From an uncultured delta proteobacterium (lineage in GTDB: Bacteria > Desulfobacterota > Binatia > Binatales > Binataceae): a DNA stretch of 64,000 nucleotides. The notes below the pieces were generated by a model. That model made no database searches. It was not told the origin of the DNA and saw only the letters and a list, made by a program, of their open reading frames with translations. Positions 27,538 to 37,556 of the stretch are shown here, piece after piece. The stretch spans positions 3,744,001 to 3,808,000 of the forward strand of contig CAWEEQ010000004.1 in the NCBI GenBank assembly GCA_963808235.1, read 5' to 3'. Every line of letters begins with the position of its first letter. The stretch's first letter is position 1. The translations under genes were made by a program, and so were the position numbers.

Positions 27538-28641
27538 ATGACGCGTGACGGCCGTTTTCGCTTGATTGCATCCGCGGCGATAATTCTCGCGCTTGCGGGA
27601 TGCAGCTCGCCGCTGCCGAGCACCGACCTTCCGCCGGCGCGATTCGTTCAGCCGGCGCCGGAGTTTCCCGGCCTTCGCGACTACCGCGGGATAGTGGATT
27701 TGGCCATCAAGCCTTCGGGACTCGATCAATCGGCGGTCGCGGATCTCGCCAAGACGGCGCAAATCGATTTCGTCGTGCTAGGCGATTCCGTCAAACCCGG
27801 AGACACGGATTTCGGAATCGGCGGATTCACGGATGACATCCTTTTCATCCCGGGCGGCGCATTCCGGGTCAACGGGGGCGAGATTGTGGCGGTCAATCTG
27901 CACGCAGCGGTCGCGCCGAATCTGAATCCGGTCGATCTGATGGCCGCGATACACGATCAGGGCGGACTCGGCATCGCGCGCGACCCCGCGAAATTTTCGT
28001 CGTCGGCGGACTACGCGCTGGCCGACGCGATCGAGGTGTACAATCAACGCTCGGCGTGGATCGCCGAGAGCGCGACGACGCTTTACTTGCGCGCGATTTT
28101 TTTCGGCACCGATCATTTTCTGTCCGCGCTCGAGGTGCGCCCCGACGCGAACCTCGCGCTCTACGACAAGATGACGTCGGGCGCGCGGGTCACGATGCTT
28201 GCCGGATTCGGGCAGGCCGACGATTTGGCCGTGTTCGGGACGAAGGTTGGAACTCTGCAGCAACTGTTTCTTTTCTACACGACGCATCTGATTGCGCGCG
28301 AGCGCGATACCGCGCCGCTGCTCGAGGCGCTCCGGCTCGGCCACTCGTACGTAAGTTTTGATTATCTCGGTTACGTCGGCGCGTTCGCGTTCTTCGCGCA
28401 AAGCGGCGAGGCCAAGACAATGATGGGCGACGAAGTGCAAAGTGCGCCCGGACTCAAGCTCACCGCCGAGCTGCCGGCACAGGCGGATCGAATCGTGATG
28501 TATCAAAATGGCGCCGAAGTCGCCTCAGCCGAAAATGCTATCAAGCTCGAGTTCGCGCCGAAGTCGCCCGGCGCGTATCGAATCGAGGCTTATCGCAACG
28601 GTCGGATGTGGATTCTCTCCAACCCTGTGTACGTGCGATAA
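27538..28641 (+). CDS. Lipoprotein with degenerate PHP-like domain and C-terminal beta domain
   Basis: LALAG-C lipobox; IHDQGGL, AIEVYN, LEALRLGHSY, GAYRIEA..WILSNPVYV. Typical PHP His ligands are not evident. Confidence 0.55.
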   Translation: MTRDGRFRLIASAAIILALAGCSSPLPSTDLPPARFVQPAPEFPGLRDYRGIVDLAIKPSGLDQSAVADLAKTAQIDFVVLGDSVKPGDTDFGIGGFTDDILFIPGGAFRVNGGEIVAVNLHAAVAPNLNPVDLMAAIHDQGGLGIARDPAKFSSSADYALADAIEVYNQRSAWIAESATTLYLRAIFFGTDHFLSALEVRPDANLALYDKMTSGARVTMLAGFGQADDLAVFGTKVGTLQQLFLFYTTHLIARERDTAPLLEALRLGHSYVSFDYLGYVGAFAFFAQSGEAKTMMGDEVQSAPGLKLTAELPAQADRIVMYQNGAEVASAENAIKLEFAPKSPGAYRIEAYRNGRMWILSNPVYVR

Positions 28642-28661
28642 GCCGGTTGGAGGGCTAACTT

Positions 28662-29984
28662 ATGCGAATCATGAGACGCATCGGTTGCGCGGCTTTGCTC
28701 TTCCTCCAGATTTTTGCTTTCTCGATCCCCGCGAGCGCCGCGGTCACCGCCGGCGATCTGATCACGAACGAAAATGCGGCGACGGTTGCCAACCTGGTCA
28801 GCCCCGGCAATTTCGTGCTGGTCGAACAAGGCATGCGAATGACGATCGTGCCGACCGGGCAGCTCGATTGGCCGCCTCCGTACAAAGCGGCGACTGAAAA
28901 GTATTCGCCGCAAGTCGCGCTCAACGCGAAAGGCGAGCTGCAGAAATATGTTGCGGGCTTGCCGTTTCCTTTTGTCGATCTGAATGATCCCCAGGCCGCC
29001 AATAAGATCGTCTGGAATTTCAGCTATGGTCCCCAGGCCGCCGATTTTATCCATGCCCGCAACGTCGAGACCTCGAGCTATCGAGACGTGGGCCCATACG
29101 GTTCATTTCTTTCCGAAATTCTGCCCGCGGAACTTTTTCATTCGACGGCGGCTCATCTGGTCGTTTACAACATGGTCGGGCGAACCGAACTACCGCCGAT
29201 CCCGACCGATCCCAACGTCGCGAAAACCGGCGTTCGCTCGCGATTTTATCTCGGTCCGATCATGGAAGGCGGTGGAGCGTTCCTGCGGTACCGCTTTGTC
29301 GATCCCAATCGCGAGGATGCTGCCTGGTATTATTCTCTCGGCCGAGTCTCGGCGAGCATGCTATCCACCTCGACCGGAGCGACGATTCTGGATCCGGATT
29401 CCTACGGCGGATTTGGCGCCAAGGTAGAAGATTTCAACTACCGGCTCTTGGGACTGCGACCGATGCTTGCGTCGGTGCATGCGGAGCACTCGCCGGAGAC
29501 GCCGTGCCCATTCGACAACGATCGCACCATCTGTCCGGAAAACTGGGAGATGCGACAGTTGTACGTGATCGAGGCGACTGCGAAGGCGCCTTCCGTACCG
29601 CAGAAGATCGCCCGCGGCGGTATGAGCATTCCAAAGCGCATCCTCTATATCGACTCCGAAGGTTGGTTCATCACCGCGTCCGACCAATACGACAAGGACG
29701 GCGCGCTCTGGAAGACGCTGGCGATTTTCACCGCGTATCGCGACCGCGGGATGCCGACTGCGCGCGAGGCCGTTTACCCCTTCAAACGGATGATCGAGAC
29801 CGCGATCGTCGATGAAGACATCCAGACCGGGTTTTCGACCGTCTCGTACATGCCGGGAAAAGAATCCGAAGAGCGTGAGGGCTGGTATATCGATCCTGGC
29901 GTAGCGCCGTCATCGACGGCCGCAACCTCGGCAATCGTGAATCGTCCAGCTGCCATCACGCGTCCGGCAGCCACCGCGCGATAA
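28662..29984 (+). CDS. DUF1329-domain periplasmic protein
   Basis: Signal peptide; YVAGLPFP..DPQAA.K..WN; NWEMRQLYVIE; KRILYID..DQYDKDGALWK. Confidence 0.8.
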   Translation: MRIMRRIGCAALLFLQIFAFSIPASAAVTAGDLITNENAATVANLVSPGNFVLVEQGMRMTIVPTGQLDWPPPYKAATEKYSPQVALNAKGELQKYVAGLPFPFVDLNDPQAANKIVWNFSYGPQAADFIHARNVETSSYRDVGPYGSFLSEILPAELFHSTAAHLVVYNMVGRTELPPIPTDPNVAKTGVRSRFYLGPIMEGGGAFLRYRFVDPNREDAAWYYSLGRVSASMLSTSTGATILDPDSYGGFGAKVEDFNYRLLGLRPMLASVHAEHSPETPCPFDNDRTICPENWEMRQLYVIEATAKAPSVPQKIARGGMSIPKRILYIDSEGWFITASDQYDKDGALWKTLAIFTAYRDRGMPTAREAVYPFKRMIETAIVDEDIQTGFSTVSYMPGKESEEREGWYIDPGVAPSSTAATSAIVNRPAAITRPAATAR

Positions 29985-29993
29985 ACGCTCGCG

Positions 29994-32114
29994 CTAAGGA
30001 CTCGCGGGACCAATCGCGATTCCCTCCGCAGTATCAAGTCCGGTAAAAGGACCGCCGATTTTGCCTAGCGGGGCCGCATCGCCGTTGCTCCCGGCCGCAA
30101 AGATCAAGATAGGACCGGTAGTGACAAACGTCCCAACCTCAAAGAATCCACCGCTGGAGGCGCCGTCCGCGGCGCCGATGCTCTGTCCTACGCACACAAA
30201 AGGGGATCTGGAACCGTTTAATACATAAATGTTCCCGTTTGAGTCGAGCGAGATTCCAAAAGGAAACTGAAGTCCGGTATTCGAACCGGTGATTGTGGCG
30301 ATCGGCGTGGCGTCGCCGTTGCTGCCGGGCGCGAAGACCGTGACGCTTCCGTGGCCGCTTGGAAAACAGCAGCCACGCGTGCATTTCGTGAGGCCTTCGT
30401 TCGTCACATAGATGCTTCCACTACGATCCACAGCTACCGCCGAAGGGTTGGCAATCCTGGTTTCGGGACCCCCAATAATGGCGCTGGGATTGACGTCACC
30501 GGCGCTGCCCGATGGATAGACCGCAACGTCGCCGGAGCCGCCATGGGGACAAGGCTTCAGCGTACATTGACCAGCTATATAGAGTTTGCCGCTTGGTCCC
30601 ACTGACATGCCGGTCGCAAAGCCGCTTTGGCCGAGGCCAACATTGAGCGTGGACATCGGCGTCGCATCGCCGACGCTGCCTGCTGCATACGCGGTGACAA
30701 CGCTTTCGATATTCAGCACATAGATGTTGCCACTGGAATCGGTTGCGATTTTCATCGGGATATCAAGTCCCGTGTCGGCGCCCTCGATCGTCGCCTGAGG
30801 CGCGCCGGTCGCATAGCTGCCGGCAGGATAGATATCGATCCTGCCCTCTCCGCCGGCGCTAGCGAGCGGGTTCGACACGTACAGGTTTCCCATGGAATCC
30901 GCGGCGACGTCGGTAGCGAAAGGAAGTCCGGTGAAATTGCTGGTGATCGTCATCGTCGGTGTCGCATCGCCACTACTGCCGGTCTCGTAGACGGTAACGC
31001 TGCCGCTCACGCCGGGACCGCCGTTGCTGTTCAATACGTAAAGGTTCCCGCCGGGATCCAGGGCGAGGCTGTTGGGTTCTGACAGCCCCGTATCGGCGCC
31101 GGCGATGACGGTGCTCGGGAACACGTCGCCGTTGCTACCGGACGCGAAAACATTGACGCGGAAATCAGTGCCGCTGCAGAGGCTCGCGCAAATCAGAACG
31201 GTCGCGTACAGGTTGCCATTGGAGTCAATCCCGAAGGCTTCGAAATTCTGTAGTCCTGTATTGTCGCCGGCGATAGTCGTGCTCGGCGACGCATTACCCT
31301 TGCTGCCGGCAGGATAGACGGTGATGCTCCCACCGCTAGCAGTCTTGTTGTTAGCTGTCTGGAGGTTGGCCACGTAGATGTTACCGCTCGAATCCAGCGC
31401 GATGCCGAACGGAAAAGAAAGTCCCGTCCCCGCGCCGCTGATCGTCGCGACGGGCGCGATGTTCCCGTTCCCGCCGGCCTCATATACCGTAATCCTGCCC
31501 TTGTCGAGACTCTCGCCGTGCACGGCCGGGCCGCCCAGTTCGTTCGCGACGTAGATTTTGTTCTGGGCGTCAATCGCGATACCGGTCGCCTCATTAAGCA
31601 GAGTTTTCGATCCGGCGATTGTGGCGACGGGAGCCTCGTTGAGAATTCCGGTGCTCATCCCGAGCGGCGGATAGACTCTGATGCTCCTTTCCATGCTGTT
31701 CAGCACGTAGATCTTTCCGCTCGCATCCAGTGCGATCCCGGCTGGATTGGAGAGCCGGGTCTTGTCGCCGCCGATCACAACTAGAGGTGGCACGTTGCCG
31801 TTGGCATTCGCCGCATAGATCGTGACGGTGTTGGTCGCACGATTTGTAACGTAGATCCTGCCGCTCGCATCCCTGGCGATTCCGCTCGGAGCCGCCATAT
31901 CGGTCGTCAGCGCGATTGGCGCAACGTCGCCGCGACTCGCGATGGAATATGCGGTCACGTTGTTGGGGCTGGCGACGAAGATGGTCGGCTTCGTTCCGGC
32001 CGCCGCATTGCGGATCGGCGCGATCGCGCTCAAGCCTGCCACGAGAGCAGCAAACGCGATAGTCGTTGCGGCGTTTTTCACTTTCACCGGAATTGTCACT
32101 TTTTCACTTTTCAC
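29994..32114 (-). CDS. Secreted NHL-repeat (beta-propeller) protein, about 12 blades; start uncertain
   Basis: Signal peptide; recurrent GIALDSSGNIYVAN..SITVY.AGS.G...P..TI.G..TGL units. Confidence 0.85.
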   Translation of the reverse strand: MKSEKVTIPVKVKNAATTIAFAALVAGLSAIAPIRNAAAGTKPTIFVASPNNVTAYSIASRGDVAPIALTTDMAAPSGIARDASGRIYVTNRATNTVTIYAANANGNVPPLVVIGGDKTRLSNPAGIALDASGKIYVLNSMERSIRVYPPLGMSTGILNEAPVATIAGSKTLLNEATGIAIDAQNKIYVANELGGPAVHGESLDKGRITVYEAGGNGNIAPVATISGAGTGLSFPFGIALDSSGNIYVANLQTANNKTASGGSITVYPAGSKGNASPSTTIAGDNTGLQNFEAFGIDSNGNLYATVLICASLCSGTDFRVNVFASGSNGDVFPSTVIAGADTGLSEPNSLALDPGGNLYVLNSNGGPGVSGSVTVYETGSSGDATPTMTITSNFTGLPFATDVAADSMGNLYVSNPLASAGGEGRIDIYPAGSYATGAPQATIEGADTGLDIPMKIATDSSGNIYVLNIESVVTAYAAGSVGDATPMSTLNVGLGQSGFATGMSVGPSGKLYIAGQCTLKPCPHGGSGDVAVYPSGSAGDVNPSAIIGGPETRIANPSAVAVDRSGSIYVTNEGLTKCTRGCCFPSGHGSVTVFAPGSNGDATPIATITGSNTGLQFPFGISLDSNGNIYVLNGSRSPFVCVGQSIGAADGASSGGFFEVGTFVTTGPILIFAAGSNGDAAPLGKIGGPFTGLDTAEGIAIGPASP

Positions 32115-32190
32115 TTTTCAGTTATTCACGCCGCTCCAGAGTTGCGCCATGCTCACACGGTATGCAAACCAGGAGTCCAACGATGAGTGA

Positions 32191-33417
32191 CTATTTGATG
32201 TTGTCGGCGATGTACTGGAAGACTTCGCGCCAGTATGGCGGGTCGATGCCGTCCTTGTCGGCGGTCCGCACGATCACGATCTTCGTTCGTGGCGAGACGA
32301 ATATGAACTGGCCATAAGTTCCGATGCCCATGTAGCTGTAGTCGTCGCCCTGGTTTGATACGCCCCACCAGAAATATTTGTAGTAGCCGCCTCCGATCTG
32401 CCATCGAGAGAACGTCTCCCATGGACGGCGGTCGTTCGGATCCCTGGTAGTTGATTCATCGACCCAACGCTGCGGGATAATTTGCTTGCCCTCCCAATTG
32501 CCGCGATTCAAATAGAGCCGGCCGAACTTCGCTAAATCGATCGCTCTCGCGTTCAACAGTATGGGTGTCAGCTCAAAATCGTCCTGCTCGCTGTCGATAC
32601 TCCAGGTTGCCGGATATTCCATGCCGATTGGCTTCCAGATTTTTTCCTGGAGATATTTGCTCGGCGTGCTACCGGTGGTCCGTTCGAGGATTATGCCGAT
32701 AAGCTCGGTGTTGAAGTTGTTGTAGTGAAATGATTGTCCCGGCGGCTCCATAACCTTCAGATCAGATAGCAGTAGCTGTCGCAGATTGGGGTAGTAGCCG
32801 GCCAATACAAATTCATCCCACGGGAAAAAACTTATCCGGTACTGAATCCCCGATCCCATCGTCAGAAGATTTCTGATCGTAATCGCGTCGAAGCCCTGGG
32901 CTTTCAGCTCCGGCAGATAATTCGTGATCGGATCGTCGAGGCTCTTGATTCGACCCTCGGAGATGGCGATGCCGACCAGGGCTCCGGTGAAGGATTTCGA
33001 CACCGACCATGCGGTGCACAGAGAGTCTCGCGCGAAGCCGTTGAAATAATCCTCGCGGAGCACCTGGTTGTCTCTGATCACGACGAATGCGTGGGTGCCC
33101 GAAGTGCGCAGCAGCTCATCGAGCGCGACTCGCTTCACGACTCCGTCTGCGTTGTATTCAACTGTATCGGGAACGCTCTTCCGATCGCCTTGTGCAAAGT
33201 GAAACGCGGGCGGCGCATTCTCGATGGTGTGGTACCCGTAATGTCGGTAGTCGTCGGAGCGCGATGAAACGAGAAATTGTGCGCCCCACACGAAATAGCG
33301 GTAAAGGTACCCCGGTTGCGTCCACGCGGCGGCGCTCGCCGCCGAGGCGAAGAGCAGACCCACGGCCAAGCCAGCGAACAGCGCTGTGACGGCAACCGAA
33401 CGGCGGCGAAAACTCAT
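32191..33417 (-). CDS. Beta-lactamase-family serine hydrolase, exported
   Basis: SVSK (SxxK), YNN, LLTMGSG; signal MSFRRRS..ASA; ATGA overlap with miaB. Confidence 0.85.
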   Translation of the reverse strand: MSFRRRSVAVTALFAGLAVGLLFASAASAAAWTQPGYLYRYFVWGAQFLVSSRSDDYRHYGYHTIENAPPAFHFAQGDRKSVPDTVEYNADGVVKRVALDELLRTSGTHAFVVIRDNQVLREDYFNGFARDSLCTAWSVSKSFTGALVGIAISEGRIKSLDDPITNYLPELKAQGFDAITIRNLLTMGSGIQYRISFFPWDEFVLAGYYPNLRQLLLSDLKVMEPPGQSFHYNNFNTELIGIILERTTGSTPSKYLQEKIWKPIGMEYPATWSIDSEQDDFELTPILLNARAIDLAKFGRLYLNRGNWEGKQIIPQRWVDESTTRDPNDRRPWETFSRWQIGGGYYKYFWWGVSNQGDDYSYMGIGTYGQFIFVSPRTKIVIVRTADKDGIDPPYWREVFQYIADNIK

Positions 33418-34739
33418 GCGATCGAGCACATCAGGGAATGGCCGGTCGCGGAATCGACTCGCACATTGACCGTGTCGCCGGCGGCGATTCCCTCTGCGCC
33501 GGCAAAAATCGCGGTCTTGTATTGCGGCGTCTTGCCCGCGAGCATCCCGCCGCCGCGCCGCGCGGGACCCTCGACCAGCACCGGAAATTCGCGCCCGATC
33601 ATCGCGCGATTGCGCGCAGCCGACATTTCCTCCTGCATCGCGATCAGCTCGATCAGCCTGCGTCCCTTTATTTCTTCGCTGACTGAATCGCCAAGCCTGT
33701 AGGCTCGGGTATGCTCACGCGCCGAATATTTGAACATGAACGCCGCGTCGTAGCCGACGGAGCGCATCAACGCTGTGGTCGCCTCGAAATCGGAATCCGT
33801 CTCGCCGTGGAAGCCGACGATGATGTCCGTCGATAGCGCTAGGTTCGGTATTGCCGCGCGCACCCGCTCGACCAGGTCGATGTATTCGCGAACTGAGTAG
33901 CCACGTTCCATCGCGGCTAGAATCCGATCCGATCCCGACTGCAGCGGCAGATGCAGATACGGCTGAACCTTCGCCACTGTAGACATCGCCTCGATCACCG
34001 AATTGCTCATGTCACTCGGATGAGGCGAGGTAAATCGAATCCTCTCGATCCCGTCGATCGTCGCGATCATCCTGAGCAGCGCGCCGAAATCGACGTCCTC
34101 GAAGCGATACGCATTGACGGTTTGTCCAAGCAGCACGACCTCTTTGACGCCGTGCGCGGCGAGTTCGCGAATCTCGCGCATCAGGTCGGAGGGCGGAATC
34201 GAGCGCTCGCGTCCGCGCACGTAAGGCACCACGCAGAACGCGCAAAAACGGTCGCATCCACGCATCGCGGTCACGTACGCGCGCACGCCCGGCGCGAAGT
34301 CGGGGGTGATGTCGGCGTAGGTCTCTGCGCGATCGAGCCGCACGTCGATCGAGGCGTCGAAGCCGGTTCGTGCCAGCATCTCGGGCAGCCGCCGATAACT
34401 GTCCGGACCGGCGATGACGTCAAGGTACGCGGCCTTTTCGGTCAAAGCGGTGCGATTGTTCTGCGCCATGCACCCGAGGATGCCCAGCTTCACTTCCGGC
34501 CGCGAATTCTTCACCCGCGCGAGCTCGTTAAGCCTGCGCAGCACGCGTTCTTCGGCATGCTCTCGAATCGCGCAAGTGTTGAGCAGGATTACGTCGGCCG
34601 ATTCCGGACCGGGCGCGGTGACATAGCCGGCGCGCCGCAAAACCGCCGTGATCGTCTCTGAATCAGCGACGTTCATCTGGCATCCGTAGGTCTCAAGATA
34701 AACCCGCAGCGCCCCGCTCGATGCGACTCTCGGTTCCAT
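33414..34739 (-). CDS. miaB: tRNA-2-methylthio-N6-dimethylallyladenosine synthase
   Basis: TYGCQMNVADSE, NTCAIRE, GCMAQ, GCDRFCAFCVVP, FTSPHP, C-terminal TRAM domain. Confidence 0.93.
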   Translation of the reverse strand: MEPRVASSGALRVYLETYGCQMNVADSETITAVLRRAGYVTAPGPESADVILLNTCAIREHAEERVLRRLNELARVKNSRPEVKLGILGCMAQNNRTALTEKAAYLDVIAGPDSYRRLPEMLARTGFDASIDVRLDRAETYADITPDFAPGVRAYVTAMRGCDRFCAFCVVPYVRGRERSIPPSDLMREIRELAAHGVKEVVLLGQTVNAYRFEDVDFGALLRMIATIDGIERIRFTSPHPSDMSNSVIEAMSTVAKVQPYLHLPLQSGSDRILAAMERGYSVREYIDLVERVRAAIPNLALSTDIIVGFHGETDSDFEATTALMRSVGYDAAFMFKYSAREHTRAYRLGDSVSEEIKGRRLIELIAMQEEMSAARNRAMIGREFPVLVEGPARRGGGMLAGKTPQYKTAIFAGAEGIAAGDTVNVRVDSATGHSLMCSIA

Positions 34740-34835
34740 AAATGGAAAACAATCTTAGGCGACCCCGCCGCGTCGACACAACGCGGCCCGAATGGAAAGC
34801 GATGGTGATCGCGAGCGCTAGCAGCGGGAATAGAG

Positions 34836-34908
34836 GAACTTAATTGTAGTGAAATCCGCCGTGGGTTTTCACACTTCCTTGGGCAGGGGTGACCCTGCAC
34901 CAATGTTC
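34836..34908. repeat. Structured dispersed repeat, copy 2
   Basis: GAACTTAATTGTAGTGAAATCCGCCGTGGGTTTTCACACTTCCTTGGGCAGGGGTGACCCTGCACCAATGTTC aligns with 21000-21074. Confidence 0.8.
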
Positions 34909-34974
34909 CGGCATGCATTTCGCGAGCGCACTTGAGTCTTGCCGCGAGCCTGCGGGCTGTTTAAGTTTCTGCCG

Positions 34975-35172
34975 ATGCCGGAGCAGCGCAGGCCGTCGTT
35001 CGAGCGGATGGAAGCTTCACTGCTGGCGTGTCCGAAGTGCAAGCGCGCGGTGAAGGTGCGCAAGCGCCTGCTGCTCGTGCTGCCGCAGGGTGACAAGTAT
35101 CTGTACGTATGCCCCGATTGCGGCTCGACCTGCGGCGAGACGATCGAGACTCCGCCGCCCTTAGCGCGCTGA
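34975..35172 (+). CDS. Small zinc-ribbon protein
   Basis: CPKC...VRKRLLLVLP.G.KY.Y.CPDCG. Confidence 0.65.
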   Translation: MPEQRRPSFERMEASLLACPKCKRAVKVRKRLLLVLPQGDKYLYVCPDCGSTCGETIETPPPLAR

Positions 35173-35182
35173 CGCCCGAGCG

Positions 35183-35728
35183 CTACGGCTTGTCGTACAT
35201 CCCATCGAGGTCACGCAGCGCACGCTCGAGGATTTCGCGCACCCGTGCGATTCGCTCTTGCGATGCGGTCTCGCCCGCCACTGCCCGAAACGCCGCCTTG
35301 ACCAGACGCTCGGCCGGTCCGCGAATCTCGGCCGCGTCGGGATCGAGCGCATTGCGCCATCCGGCCCATCGCCGCGCGCGCCACCAGATGCGGCGGACGG
35401 TCTCGTCCTCGCGCTTGATTTCTTCGGAGCCGGCCTCTGTGATCGCGTAGACGCGCTTGCCTTCCTTCGAGTCCGACGAAATCAGTCCTTCATCCTCGAG
35501 TTGTTGGAGCGTCGGATAAACCGTTCCGGCGCTGGCCTTGTAAATTCCGCCGGAGCGTTCCTCGAGCTGACGCATCAGCTCGTAGCCATGCTTGGGACCT
35601 TCGGCGATTAAGGAGAGCAGCGCGAGCCGGACTTCGCCGGGTCCGAAAAATCGCGCGCGCATTCCCATCATGCCGAACTCGGCCCAATGTGAACGCCGCC
35701 GGTGAAATCGAGTACCGCAGACCATCAT
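35183..35728 (-). CDS. PadR-family transcriptional regulator
   Basis: GGAGG RBS; PKHGYELM..SAGTVYPTLQQLEDEG..KRVYAITEAG. Confidence 0.92.
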   Translation of the reverse strand: MMVCGTRFHRRRSHWAEFGMMGMRARFFGPGEVRLALLSLIAEGPKHGYELMRQLEERSGGIYKASAGTVYPTLQQLEDEGLISSDSKEGKRVYAITEAGSEEIKREDETVRRIWWRARRWAGWRNALDPDAAEIRGPAERLVKAAFRAVAGETASQERIARVREILERALRDLDGMYDKP

Positions 35729-35778
35729 GTCGTGACCTCCAATGCCGCGAACGCAGCAGCGTCAAACATGATGGAAGG

Positions 35779-35794
35779 TATATCGTACGATATA
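35779..35794. promoter_or_regulatory. Perfect 16-bp palindrome TATATCGTACGATATA, likely PadR autoregulatory operator
   Basis: Lies between a minus-strand TTGACT (-35, 35800-35805) and the padR start. Confidence 0.65.
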
Positions 35795-35842
35795 GCAACA
35801 GTCAATCAGCACGATGCTGACTAACCGCGCAATTTCGCTCGG

Positions 35843-36247
35843 CTATCCGTTCACGTGTACTGATGCCGGTTCGATCTCGTACGTCACTCGCATTTCACCG
35901 GGCTGCCGAAATGGATACTTATCCTGCCCCAGGTACTTCTTGGCCAGGCTATCGATATGCGCGTCGGCATTCTTGTCATCCTCGCGCACTACCGGCCCAC
36001 GAATTCCCACGTAGCGGTACGGATTGTCGGGGTCGATGATCGCGAGCGCGACCTTCGCGCCGACCTTCATGTTGCGCGCCTTGACCCGGCCGCGCGCCGT
36101 GTTGATGCGAATTTTTCCGTTCGTGTAGTCGAACCATACCGGCGTGACTTGGGGCGATCCGTCGGGCATCACGGTAGCGATGCTGGCGAGGGCTTTTTTG
36201 CCGGTGAAGAGGTCGAGATATTTTTCGGGGATCGTCTTGGATGCCAT
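35843..36247 (-). CDS. PPOX-class F420-dependent oxidoreductase-like protein
   Basis: AGGAG RBS; ATVMPDGSPQVTPVW, NTARGRVKARN, DPDNPYRY, LAKKYLG. Confidence 0.88.
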   Translation of the reverse strand: MASKTIPEKYLDLFTGKKALASIATVMPDGSPQVTPVWFDYTNGKIRINTARGRVKARNMKVGAKVALAIIDPDNPYRYVGIRGPVVREDDKNADAHIDSLAKKYLGQDKYPFRQPGEMRVTYEIEPASVHVNG

Positions 36248-36429
36248 CGGCGGTACTCCTTGAATCTCGGAGGGATTGGTCCAGATTAGTCGATCGCTCG
36301 GTTGAGGCAACGCCGCAAAATGTGCGGTTAATTTGACAGCCTCAATTGCATGGGTTATTAGCCAAGTCTAAGCTCAGACCTTGCCACGCGACGCGGGCAG
36401 TTCCCGTTTGCGTTGAGGAGTGTTTTGCG

Positions 36430-36970
36430 ATGGCGCTGTTCACCAAAGAGCCCGAAAAAAATCTCAAGATTCAACCGACCGTTACTGGCCCGACCCCAAC
36501 TGTCTCTCCGGCGCCGCTCCCGATTTCGAGCGCGCCGTCTTCGCCGCGCGCGAGCGCATCAGTTTCGGGCGAGGGTCGCGCGTGTCTCGATCGCGGATCG
36601 AAGATCACCGGCAAGGTTTCGTTCGAGGGACCCGCTCGAATCGACGGCGAGGTCGACGGCGAGATCAGCGGCAAGGATAGCGTCGCGATCAGCGAGAGCG
36701 CGATCGTGACGGCGCAGATTCGCGCTGCCTCGGTGTCGGTCGCGGGCAAGGTCAGCGGCGACATCGTTGCGACCCAGACGAATCGAGATTCGCCCGGGCG
36801 CCAAGGTCAGCGGAAATATCACGGCGCCGGTGCTGGTGGTGCACGAAGGCGCGCTCTTCGAGGGGCACTGCTCGATGCAGCCCGAGGGCGTGCGCGACGA
36901 TCGCAGGATCACGGTATTCCCCAAGGAGGAGCGCGTGGCGCAGGCCGCCGGCGGGCAGAAACAGGCCTGA
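36430..36970 (+). CDS. Bactofilin (polymer-forming cytoskeletal protein); +1 frameshift at ~36778
   Basis: GAGGAG RBS; ITGKVSFEGPARIDGEVDGEI..VSGDIVATQ[A]RIEIRPGAKVSGNITAP..EGALFEGHCSM. Confidence 0.85.
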
Positions 36971-37085
36971 TTTTCCGTCGGGCCAGTCTTTCTGTCTGAT
37001 TCGTTCGGCAGCCGAAAAGTTCGCGTTCCCGATCTTCAAATGACCGAGACTATTTTGATAATCCCCGCCGGGGAGATGCCGTAAA

Positions 37086-37538
37086 ATGCACATCCCACCG
37101 AACTGGGGAACGTTTTTTGCGCTGATTGTTTCCTTTCTGGTTTTCTGGTTTATATTCAGCCGACTATTTTTTCGCCCGTTCCTGAACCTGCTCGCCCAGC
37201 GCGAGCGAAGATTCAAGGACCTGAGCGATCGCACCGAGCAATTGATCAAGGAAGCGCGCGCCGCCGAAGAGGAGCGCGAGAAGCGGCTCGCGGCTGTGCG
37301 GCGCGATAGTCTCGGCAAGCGCGATGCCGAACGCCGCAAGGCCGAGGCGGATGCCGCGCAAATGATGGAGGCGGCCAAAGCGGAGGCGCGCGCGTCGCTC
37401 GACCAGGTGCAGGAAAAAATAGAAGCGGAGCTGAAAGCCGCCGAGAGCGAGCTTGAGCACATGGGACACAATCTCGCGCAGGAACTCGCCGAGCGCGTCC
37501 TCGGCCGTCCGCTAAACCGTCAAAGCGGGCAAAACTGA
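37086..37538 (+). CDS. atpF: F0F1 ATP synthase subunit b'
   Basis: N-terminal TM (..LFFRPFL...RE) plus charged coiled coil; first of two b-type genes. Confidence 0.8.
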   Translation: MHIPPNWGTFFALIVSFLVFWFIFSRLFFRPFLNLLAQRERRFKDLSDRTEQLIKEARAAEEEREKRLAAVRRDSLGKRDAERRKAEADAAQMMEAAKAEARASLDQVQEKIEAELKAAESELEHMGHNLAQELAERVLGRPLNRQSGQN

Positions 37539-37556
37539 TTTCGTAGCAATTCTCAG

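Noticed and set aside
21000-34908. The two ~75-nt repeats as ends of a composite transposon or as CRISPR repeats
   Set aside because: Only two diverged copies enclosing housekeeping genes (rpsU, miaB); no transposase, cas gene or spacer array.
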